The position numbers and the translations under genes are program-made. From positions 33,926,464 to 33,990,463 of the forward strand of contig NC_043011.1 in NCBI RefSeq assembly GCF_006345805.1: a DNA stretch of 64,000 nucleotides, written 5' to 3'. This DNA comes from Octopus sinensis (Eukaryota). The notes under the pieces were generated by a model. It was given only the letters and a program-made list of their open reading frames with translations. It searched no databases and had not been told where the DNA came from. Below, in pieces: positions 52,491 through 64,000 of the stretch. Numbering within the stretch: position 1 is the stretch's first letter; every line of letters begins with the position of its first letter.

Positions 52491-55400
52491 CTATAAAAAC
52501 AATAATAAAGGAAGATATGTCACAAAAGAGACAAGGCACACGACAACAGGTTGTCTTTTGAAAGAGAAGAACATTACATCAGTTTGAAATTTAAGTTTGA
52601 GTGTGAGGGAAATAAAAAAAAGATTACAAAATAACAAACAAACATGGTAAGTCATTATTCACAAACAATACAGGAAAAATTTGGGGCTAAATGGCACAGT
52701 AAATGGTTTTTCGATAAAGTGATAAATGTCCTTAGAGATAATAGAACAAGAGGTTTCTCTGGGTTTATAGCTTAGTTATTTAAGTTATATAGTCAGCAGA
52801 GGAAGGGAAGTGCCCATAGTCTTCTTGGTATCTTCACGTCTCATGGAAAGAATGCAGGAAGTTGTTCACAGACTGAAGAGCTGGTTTGATTGCTTGCAAC
52901 AGAGAGGTCTCTACTATTGTCACTCAAGTGATGAGGTATTGAGAGATATTAAAACCATACAATGGTTAAATCAACCAACCTGAAAAGTTCTACCAATAGG
53001 TTTCTGTCAACCAAATACAAACTTGCAAGGCTGTGTTAGAAGACACTTTTGCCCAAGATGCTGTACAGTGGAACTGAACTCAAAACCACATAGTTGTGAA
53101 GCAAGCTTTCTAAGCACACAACCATGACTGCACCCATGTTTAGCAGGGAGAAATTTAGCTTTAAAAAAAAACTGATATCGTTGGGTAGTGGTAGTATAAA
53201 ATACGTATATTATTTTGTACTAGCAAAAGATATTATTCACAGCGAAAGCTGTGAATAATGCAAACTGGCAGGACATGAAGTAACTTCATGTTATACAAAT
53301 GTTCTTATTTCTATTTTGATGCATACATTATGCATTCATATATCTTTGTAACTGTTTCATTATGTGAACAATTCTAATCATGTCTGGATTTCATTCCATA
53401 GTTAAGGTTGTTGGTAGTGTAACACTAAAACACATGCCGTGACAATTAAAATAATATTATCCAAGAAAATGTTTTAGATAAAGCACTGTTTTTTAAGTAC
53501 TATTGACTTGAATGGTTTATGCCTTATTTTACATGGAAACTACAGCACAAGTGTATGTGTATGTGTGTGTGTGTGTGTGTGAGTGTGTGTGCACACATAA
53601 TATTTCTTGCTGAACACTGAAGAGGTAAATTACAAGATTATATGATGTTTCAATAGCATTTACAAAATCATAACAGTTAATTCGTCAAAACACATGTATG
53701 TTTTATAAAGCATTGAATACCATACCTGTTTCCTGCATTTTATTAATACTACAGGTGTATGTGTGTGTGTGGCTCAACATGAATTAATGCACTAATTGAA
53801 TATTACAAAGTTTTACTTGGGGCTTTTTATAATAATTCTTTTTTCTTTTTGTTAAACATTATTACAACACTGAACATAGGAAGTCAAACTATAAAACAAA
53901 CATGTTAAACAAATGAGAGACAACTCTTTCCTGGATAAGATATTTCTCTATCACAGGCAAATGTCCACCAGAAAGACAAATGGTATTTATTCTTCAACAT
54001 CAGTGAGACAACATCAGGAATTTTGCTCAGAGAGAAAGAAAGGGAGAGAGAGACAAATGAAATATGTGACTGTCTGTCTGTGCTGTGGCATAGCCAACTC
54101 ACCACCTATATGAGATGGTAGCTCATACCTCATCAACATATTTTTCCTCAGCTGTTGAATATAATTTGATATAATATAATACAATATAATATATAATACA
54201 ATACAATATGTAATTTGTACTGAAATTGTAAATATCTCTCCAATTTCAGTGTTGGAGAGGATGAAAATAAATTAATTATTATTTCTAGAAAATAAAGACA
54301 AAAAAATACATATCTGTTATATGAAATTCTTTGGCAAAAAAAAAAAAAAAAAAATTAACGAGTTAATTAGTTGTTATTGAATGGCAATAAAAAGAAACAA
54401 CAACAACAACAATAACCCAGCCTTTCATATAATATATAATACAACAGAACTACAAAAAAAAGGTGTGCAAATTAGATGCTGACACTAATTCCCACTCAGA
54501 TGGGACAGAGGTGCGCTAAAAAAACTACAGAACACTTAGTGAATAGAACTTAAGTAGTGGCATGCAGCTAACAAGTGAAACTAACAGTGGGTCACGTTTT
54601 TTTTCTATTTTTCATTATCATTTATTTTGTTTATTTTTTTGCAGAGGTCAGGGTCTGCTTTGTTATTTGTTAAATGTTAATTTAACAACTTTACAAAAAA
54701 TAAACACTAATAATCAATATTGGTTTGAAACTCTGGATAAAGCATAGATTACAATGTTATCACATTTCTTCAGAATTTAAGAATTTTTGAAACAAAACTT
54801 GTTTTGGCAGAGAAAATTACCAAAATGTTTTACAGCTAATCACATCCCCTTTTCTCATTATCATAGCAAAAGCTGGCTAGCCCTTTAGCATTTAAACTGA
54901 CCATATCTGGCCCAAATATTCTACCTGCTTTATACCTACCCTACAATGTCATTCTAAAAATAAACAATCAAATCATCGAAATTTCGAAGCTTAAATAATA
55001 CAGGATGAACTTTAAAGAATTTGAATAAATAAGCATTACATCTGACAGAGTAATCTGAATGCTAAAGGGCTAGATTGGAACACCTGAAAATACTTGTGTT
55101 CTTATAATCTAATGCACTTTATAAATAAATGCCCATTGAATAATAAACAAGTCAGATATGAATTTAGTTTCTAGATTATATATAGACATGAGTAAAGACA
55201 TCAAAATATCTTGCTAAAATTTATAGAACATTGTTCATATCAAAGCTTGAATTCAAAGTCTAAGACCATGTCTTACTTATGGAGACTTTATAACTTAATT
55301 GTACCAATCAGGGTGTGTTTTTCTTCATTGTCTCTTTTAACATTTCAGATACCCTGAATTGTGACAGCAATCTTCTTAGAATTTGAACATTCAGCTTTTG

Positions 55401-57259
55401 ATATACCCTTTTTTTTTTGCTGTTGTTGTTGTTGTTTTTTTTCCCCCACTTATGAAGTACAATAATGTTTAAATTCCCAAGAGATGATGGCTTTAGCCAG
55501 AGTCAAATAAAATATGGAAAACATCATGCTTTCTAAATGCCTGGATGTCCAATAAAAGACAATGGTACTCTCCAACTGAATAAATCTAAATTAGTTTTTC
55601 TATAGTTAGAAATCAACAACAAAAAAAAAATGCAAGTAATGTGATGGTAGAATTATAAAGTGAACTTAGGAGTGAACATAAAATAGACAACATCTCAAAA
55701 TAACTTTCATAGAACAGAGAGAGAGAGCGAGAGAAAGAGAGAGAAATAAATAGAAGATGAATGCAGCATGCTTGAGCGATACTAACAAGGAGAGAGAGAG
55801 AGAAAGAGAGAGAGGGATGTAAATATAAATATACTATCTAGGTTGAAAACTAATGACTGTCAATTACTCACTTTGAAATGTGAAAACAGTAGGTTCAATA
55901 CATACACCATCCTCCATGAGCTAACAATTGGAGAAGCAGAGCTTTTTGAAACGGAAAATTTAATGTCTTTCTCAGCAAATGTGAGTTTACGCTTAAAGAT
56001 GGGGAGAGGGGGTAGTGTTATCCACTAGTTGTTGAGGTTAGTTTTAATTTGACGGATAAATGGTTTCTTGGTTTAACTCCAGCTGACAACCATGACGACA
56101 TTGGGTGATTTATGTACGGGACAAGGGTCAGGGTTTACTTTACTTCACCACAGCAACTTCATTAAATAATCAACCTTCCTAAATGCATCATATCTGATAG
56201 CATAGAAAATGCACTAAATATATCAGATGCACCCCAATTTCAGCAGCATAAAGCTTTTAATGCATCAAAGCATGTAATATAGGCCCAACGTCACATACAG
56301 AACATAGGGTGATTTTTTTAAAGGATTTTTTTTTTTACTGGACAAAATGTGCATCTTATATGCCATCAAATATGAATAGTTTCTGAAGATAGGCTTGTTT
56401 TTTTTTAATCTTAATCCTAAATTGTGCTCTTTGATGGGATAGGCAAAAGATAACCTGATATAAACTAAAGCGTTTTTAATGTCCTTAATATAAATGGATT
56501 TTTAAAAAATTCATTTCATTATCATCATCATTTAATGTCCAATTTCCATATTGGCATGGGTTGGACAGTTTGACAAGAGTTGGCAAGGCTAAAAGCCACA
56601 CCAGGTTCCATAGTCTATTTTGGCTTGATCTTTACAACTGGATGCCCTTCCTAACACTAACCACTTTACAGTGTACTGGGTACTATGCCTGACAGATGAT
56701 ATAATGGAAGCTGCAGGGATCATCACAAAGTGAGCAGTTGTTACCATTATTAGTGGGCAGTTCCAGCAGTAGAACTCTGAAAATGGTATACTTTTTGTAG
56801 TGGTATTCTAACAACAAGAGTGAATTGCTAAACAGTCATATATTAAAGTTCCTTCACTAAAGCTTGGATTTTGGCTGAAGTTTGCCCAAAATTGGTGCAA
56901 ATAATGAATACATTACACAAACCTCTACACCAATTAGACTGAATTGAATTCTTGTGCAAGGCTATATTGGTATAAAATCTTAAAGCATTAGACACATACT
57001 GGTGAAAGTACTTATTACTATCCTATGATATTGAGTTACAGCATAGATACATTTAAGTAGAGCGTGTTGCTAAGTTGATGACTGCTAAGTTGGAACCAAA
57101 CATTCTTTTGACTGCATAAACAAACATTTTAAAGTCTATTTCACATTGCCTGCACTGCTTATACATATAATAAATTGTCATAGTCAACATGACAGTTATT
57201 TTGTTGAATATAGTCTTGCATTAAGAAAACTGCTAGCATAAAGTATGGTCTACAAAAAA

Positions 57260-57512
57260 GTAACATTCTCAAGCCCTATGGACTCATAAGGGCCAGTTTC
57301 CCAGTTTTCTGTGGCATATATATATATATTTACCCCCTGCACAGTATGCTGCTCTGTTACAGGATTACTCAGGATTACCAGCAGAGTGAATTGTAGCAAC
57401 ATGAAATGAGGTGTTTTGCTTGAGAACATCATAACATGTTGCCCGAGCCAGGAATTGAAACCACAATCTTACAATCATGAGTCCAACATCCTAACCACAA
57501 GGCCACATGTCT
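57260..57512 (-). mobile_element. tRNA-headed SINE family D (copies about 3020-3305, 6530-6785, 14860-15100, 28020-28340, 42680-42905, 59250-59390)
   Basis: Minus-strand head gtggccttgtggttaggatgttggactcatgat...ggtttcaattcct followed by gagcaaaacac.tcatttca. Confidence 0.7.
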
Positions 57513-60420
57513 CCAGACTATCTGTGAAGGATACTGAGAAATCTGACAGTACATAATGTGTTTGTGAGTGTATATACATACATACATAGTTACACATAAC
57601 ATACAAGCATACGTATACACACACATGCATACATATACATATATATTTTTGAAGTTAAACAGTCCTATCTTGAATTCACAAGCTCTATTATAGGTATATT
57701 TGGTAACAGTGTCAATAGTAATGACAGAACCATGGCTGCATCTCTGCTGGCTCTCTTAAATTGTCTTTTCCTATTGTCCTCTCCACTTCCAGCATACAAA
57801 TCTCATATGGGTGACAGCGCTGAGTAGTAATGTGTATAAATACAAAATTAATACCAGCTCAAATATGCTTGAGGCATATTCAAACCCATAAAAAAAACCC
57901 ATTCGCTGTGGGTTTTTTTCAAGGAGAAAATTTCTCACTGTAGACAAATGGATGTAAATACACCAAATCAGCTCAAAGCACCATCTGACCAAACTGTGGG
58001 ATGCATGCATTCAAGAGTTGTTATCCCCTCTGCAGCAACAAACCACATCTATACACAACAGCCTTTGAGTGAGATAGTCAGCAATGATGACATCCACTAG
58101 ATCCTTGGGTTTGAGGCTGCACTTCCTCAAAATGCTCTTCCTCTAATACTTATAGTGCTTTTTTGGCCCACCAGTTCAGCATCAGCCATGATGTAGCTGA
58201 CCATATACCACCACTCTAACAAATAACCAGCATGGAGATATCCTTGCCCTGTACTGAAAGCCACTGCGGCTTGTACTAAGTGATCATGGCCTCAACTTTT
58301 GAAGTTAGTTCGTGCAATCATTCCAGGTAATACTCAGGATGCATTGGAAATGCCAAATACTGAAGCATACCAAGTATCTAATATGACTATAGTCTTTTCA
58401 AGCTTCACAACTATAGTGGAGAGTGGTGATACAAGCCACTTGTTCTAAGGTAACTCTTGTGAAGGAATAGGATTGTCTCTGTACATTTGTTCCTTTCTTT
58501 ATCATACACACAAAGAGAGAAGAGAAGAGAGCTAGAGAGGGAGAGTGGAAAAGAGTAAAAGCAGAGTAAGAAGGGGGGATGATGATGATGATGATAAAAG
58601 AAAGAATAATGGAAGAGAGAGTGAGGGAGAGGTAAGCAGCTACATAAGGGTTGGTTGGTAAAGTGATTGGATAGAAATAACATGATTGAGAAAGTGACAG
58701 AAGAGAGAGTAATGGAAGAGAACAAAAGTGATAGGAGTAAAAGGGTGAAAGAGAGAATAAAGGAAGAGAGAGAAACTGGTAGACCGCTATTTAATAGTCA
58801 AAAGTTGAATAGAAACATTATGAGCAGCAAGAGTGAAAGGATGAAGACAGGGTGGAAGTGAAAGAATGATGGGGAGGAGGGAACAAAGGGTGAGGGAGTG
58901 AGGGGTGTCAACAATGAATGATAGAGGAAGGTGTGATGTGAGAGAAAGTGATAGACAAAAATGAAGATGGTTGATGGTAAGAGAGCAGAAGTGACATATA
59001 TGATTAATGAATGATAAAGGAGGAAGTAATAGAGGAGAGAGAGTGATGACTGACAATAAAGTGGCACTAACTGGGGACTGAATAGAAGACAACTCCAATG
59101 CAATGCAGTCCCCTGTTACATGGTGTATGGGGAGAAGAGACAGAGTGATACATACTGTCACTTGCAGAGCTGGCTGTCACTTGCAAACAAGTTTGGCTTG
59201 ATAACATGTGGTAAGTCCAGAGCATGACAGCTTGAGAGAACGAGAGCTGAACCAGCACATGGCTGAAACACATTTTCAGTTGAGTAAACTGGAGCAATAT
59301 GAAATGAAGAGTCTTGCTCAAGGGCCCAATGCACCACTCGGTCCAGGAATTGAACCAAGGACCTAAGCTCCCTAACCACTAGGCCTTAAGCTATCACAAT
59401 ATATACACATACATGAAGACAAGCACACAGACACACACACATATACATACACAAACACAATTATGTTAAATACATATCATAATACATGTGTGAATGACAC
59501 TGTGTGTGTGTGTGTGTGTGTGTGTAATATTCTGCACTATAAAATAAAATTTGTATTGTTAACATACTTATTCAGTATTTTCTTTTTTACATCAATCACT
59601 TGAAAATCAGATACAATATGAAACTAATAGTCGAGTATATGTGATATCAGCTTAAAATACAGTTTTTGTATATCCTACAATCTTGTATACCAGTCCTTGT
59701 CATAGTGAGGTGGCTCGTGTGCCTCTTATGATCCTGAGAGCTATGCCAGCAGAGTGCAAACTCCTGGTAGAGCCGCCCATACTGGATAGGTCAAAGGATA
59801 AAAGCCAGACTAATATGGACCACCTCTTGCCAGAAGTAAAAATGGATGAGTTTTGGGCCAACATCCTTACGTAAGAAAGGCCTTCCCTCTGGGACAGTCC
59901 AGAGTCGAAAAAGTGGAGAAAAGTCATTGACAGCCTATGCTCTGATGGAAAGTGAGTAACTTAAATTAAGTAGATATTGATCTTGTTACAAGTTCTTTAT
60001 AATGTTATGTATGTATATATATATACATATTATATATATATATAATGATATATATATATTACAATTTCACTTAGGCATTGTGATACTAATAACCTGGTGC
60101 TAGAACTCAATATACATATGCCTCAGAATGAAGCCCCATTCGACTATAGAGCAGTAACAAGAAATTGGCCTGTAGCAGAAACAGCTGTAAGCTAATGAAG
60201 TTCCTAACACAATTATTTATTCCTTTGTCATCCCAATTTCATATTTAAATATATATATATAACCTACATACACACATATATACTTATATATACCTACATG
60301 CACACATACACACACATATACACGGTGAAATGTTTCAAGTTTGAAATTTGAAGATGACAGCAATGATTTCACGAAACTGTAATCGATGGAGAGGGACAGG
60401 CTGATGCAAACGTAACCTAC

Positions 60421-60762
60421 CACTAGATTGTCTAGAGTCAGCCACAGTAGTAGTGGTAGTAGTAATTGTAGATGGTGGTGTTGTTGATGTAGTGGTAGTA
60501 GTGGTTGTATCAGCAGCAGCAGAGGTATTGTCTGCTGCCGTTGTGATATCAGCTGCCCACGTGTCTTCAGTGTTAGTTTCGTTTGATTGGTTGCCAAATG
60601 CATCCCAGCCTATATCGCTAACCGCTTGTTGTTGTTGTGGTGGTTGTTGCTGCTGCTGTTGTTGTGGTTGTTGTTGTGCTGGTTGCTGCTGCTCTTGAGT
60701 ATTGTTAGCCATAGAACTGAAGTCTGCATTGAACCACCCCTCTTGTTTACCTTCAGTAATTT
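60421..60762 (-). CDS. ITSN1: Intersectin linker exon upstream of SH3A with polyQ and polyT tracts (342 nt, phase 1 to 1)
   Basis: Acceptor tttttttctcgcag and donor gtaggt. It reads EITEGKQEGWFNADFSS...QQQQ...GWDAFGNQ...TTTT...DSRQSS and is open within track ORF 60335..60838. The final G plus TT gives V of the SH3A exon. Confidence 0.8.
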
Positions 60763-61569
60763 CTGCGAGAAAAAAAACAAAAAAAAAACAAATAAATAAT
60801 TTGAAAAAAAAAATTAAAACAAATGAAAAATCTGGCAAATATACAATACAAAACTACAGTCTGTTATTGGTAGTTGTTCTGTTAAAAGTACAATTAAATA
60901 GTTTTTAAATAAATAAGTCCTCTTAGCAGACAATAGAGACCTAGTTAGATAGAAATAAGCTGAAAGGAGAAGACAGTTGAAGACTTATAATTTTACAAAA
61001 GACAACATATACAAAAGCTGTAAAGATAATGGTATTGTTGCTTTTGTAATCAGATTAATTAGTTTTTGACTCAGCTTGGATATCTCAACGAGGCTTTAAT
61101 TATACTCTTTTGCTAATGATTTTAAAAGAATTGAGGAAAATTGAATATAAACATAAGAAATAATAATGGTTTCAAATTTTGTCACAAGACCAGCAATTTG
61201 GGGGAGGACATAAATCGATCAGATCAACCCCAGTGCCCAGTGGTACTTATTTTATCAACCCGAAAAGGATGAAAGGCAAAGTCAATCCTGACAGCATTTG
61301 AATTGAGGATATAAAGATGGATGAAATGCTGCTAAGCATTTTGACCAGCCTGCAAACGATTCTGCTTGCTCCCTGCCTTAACATAGTAACAATGATGAAA
61401 TTATTGTGTATATTGCTCAGGTGCACATATACTACAATAAGAATTGATAATGATTTCTTTAATTTAATAATAATTACAACTAAATATAATAAAAAAAGCT
61501 TAGTACATTAAAATTACAAAACAAAAAAAAAGGAAAATTTTTTAAATTTTGATAAATACATACTCTCTC

Positions 61570-61780
61570 TTTTACTCACTCTTTTACTTGTTTCAGTCAT
61601 TTTGACTGCGGCCATGCTGGAGCACCGCCTTTAGTCGAGCAAATCAACCTTGGGACTTATTCTTTGTAAGCCCAGTACTTATTCTATCGGTCTCTTTTGC
61701 CGAACCGCTAAGTGACAGGGAAGTAAACACACCAGCATTGGTTGTCAAGCAATGCTAGGGGAACAAAGTCAGACACACAA

Positions 61781-61849
<69 letters not shown>

Positions 61850-62021
61850 CATATATACGACAGGCTTCTTTCAGTTTCCGTCTACCAAATCCACTCACAA
61901 GGCATTGGTCGGCCCGGGGCTATAGCAGAAGACACTTGCCCAAGATGCCACGCAGTGGGACTGAACCCGGAACCATGTGGTTGGTTAGCAAGCTACTTAC
62001 CACACAGCCACTCCTGCGCCT
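61570..62021 (-). mobile_element. SINE family A, young full-length copy
   Basis: Near-identical reverse complement of 413..825. Confidence 0.85.
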
Positions 62022-63030
62022 ATAATATTCATAGTGTTTTTTATTTTTCAATTCAACAAAAAAAAAATTACTTTTACACAAACTTTAACAGGCTTTTAAC
62101 TATTTTTAATAGGATATTTAGATTAATTATGCAGTTTTTGTTTTTTTTGGGTTAAATGGGATATACAGTAAACTCTCTCTTATCCAGTATCTAAATAACT
62201 AGAACTATCAAACAACAAGAAAAAAGCATAAGAAGATGTGTCGCGAAGGGAGTTTACTGGATTAGCTCTAACATATATAAATAAAGATGGTTTCTGATTA
62301 AGGCACACGGAAAGCAATTTTGAGGGGAGGGGGAAATGTTAACACCATCAACCCCAGAAATAAGAGGAAATAGGAAATATGGGTCCAATATAAGTTTATG
62401 AATTCAATCACTAATTATGTTCTTTTATTTGTTTCAGTCATTTGACTGCGGCTATGCTGGAGCACCGCCTTTAGTCGACCCCAGGACAGTTGTCAAGTGA
62501 TGGTGTGGGAACAAACACAGACACACAAACATACACACACACATATGTGACGGGCATCTTTCAGTTTCCAGATACCAAATCTACTCACAAGGATTTGGTC
62601 GGCCTGAGGCTATAGTAGAAGACACTTGCCCAAGGTGCCACTCAGTGGGACTGAGCCTACTTCGTTGGGAAGTATGCTTCTTACCACACAGCCACTCCTG
62701 TATATTCTATATACACATCATCATCATCATCATATAATGTCCATCTTTCATGCTGTTATAGGTTAGACAGGTAGATAGGAGCTGGCAAGCCAGAGGACTG
62801 CACCAAGCCCCAATGTTTGTTTTGGTATGGATTCCTTCCTAATGCCAACCTCTTTACAGATTGAATTGGGTGCTTTTTACATAGCACCAGCATCGGTGAG
62901 GTCTGTTTTGGCATGGTTTTCATGACTGGGTGCCCTTCCTAACACCAACCACTTTACACATGTAAATAAACAACAATCAAATTACCAATTATAATTGTTT
63001 TGAAAACACATTGAAAACAAAATTACATAC

Positions 63031-63056
63031 CTTGAATTGGTTCTTCTAAACTACTT
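63031..63056 (-). CDS. ITSN1: Intersectin 26-nt microexon (SSLEEPIQ), phase 2 to phase 1
   Basis: A long polypyrimidine tract ends ttttcag, then AAGTAGTTTAGAAGAACCAATTCAAG, then a gtatgt donor. The terminal G plus AA of the next exon gives GAA in frame. Confidence 0.7.
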
Positions 63057-64000
63057 CTGAAAATATAGAAAAACAAAAGGATATTGAAAACAGAAGAACA
63101 AATGTTTAATGATCACTTTCATAAACAATAATATAATAATCAAAGGAGTGGATATTCTAGGTGTTTCATTGGCTTGTAGAAATATTGACGGGGGGGGGGG
63201 GGGTGGATTTCTGGTGGTCTCAATGATGAGCATCTGAATTCACTACTAGTGAAATCAATGTATAAGTGGCTGAATATACTGCAGAGATGTGCACACTTAA
63301 CCTTTTAGCCTTCTGATTGCTCTGTCAACTGTGATACTTATTTATTAACATTGCCTTCAACTAACCATGCATTATCTCAAAGCTTCAAAATTTCATTAAC
63401 GTAATGGTTTATTTCTAGAATGACATTGTAGGATAGGTGTGAGAGGCCAGATCTGGCCAGCTTGAGCGTAAAACAGGTCAATAAGGTGGGCCAGATATGG
63501 CCGGTTAAATGCTAAGGGTCAATGTATTAGTCAACCTGAATCAGCATCAAAATTATTATTATCATTATTATTATTTAACATCCATTTTCTATACTGACAT
63601 GAGTGGAAATATGAAGATTAAAACAATGGAAGGATGACTATGTGCAGATAAAGGAAAACTGCAGACCAATAAGGTGCAACCACTCATATAATGAAGCAAA
63701 TGAAATAACTAATAAAGATTGCTAACATAATTACTGGGCCATGTAATTTTGGTGGAGTGGGGAGAGGTGGTGGGAGATAATAACACTGAATTCAGTATAT
63801 TACTGGTACTTATTTTACAGAATTGGTAATGACGAGAAATAAAGTTGACCCCAGCAGAAGTTTGTACTGGAAAAGTAAAGTGAAGTAACTCATTACATTT
63901 TGTATACACTCACCACTCAGCTGAATCTGTTAAAAAGAGACATAATATAGTTGTTATTAAGACCCAGAACAGCTGTGGTTGAATGCACCTATAATGAAGT

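Noticed and set aside
58411-59161. Several overlapping ORFs in a purine-rich tract
   Set aside because: This is low-complexity GA-rich sequence with no protein motif or exon boundaries.

Overview
This is AT-rich, microsatellite- and SINE-dense eukaryotic DNA, most likely from a coleoid cephalopod; the repeat families look like Octopus, which is an inference from composition, not a database match. The window lies inside one large minus-strand gene, an intersectin (ITSN1/ITSN2/Dap160 family). I assembled 13 exons by hand between 63056 and 1357. All have AG/GT ends and consecutive intron phases match. They encode the pre-SH3 linker (with a polyQ/polyT exon), SH3A, SH3B, SH3C and SH3D. The EH/coiled-coil part should lie beyond 64000 and SH3E beyond position 1. 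Two of the exons are microexons (26 and 28 nt), and one is a candidate 177-nt cassette. The introns hold several tRNA-derived SINE families, RTE-clade LINE remnants, mariner/Tc1/pogo relics, mariner- and piggyBac-type MITEs and Helentron-like non-autonomous elements. The most unusual signal is a set of type I hammerhead-ribozyme motifs: six have an intact CUGANGA/GAAA/GUA core and at least three are decayed. Four of the intact ones sit back-to-back in near-perfect palindromes inserted in (TA)n tracts, as expected for Penelope-like retroelement pseudo-LTR foldbacks. Almost all ORFs in the supplied track are spurious translations of microsatellites or SINEs.
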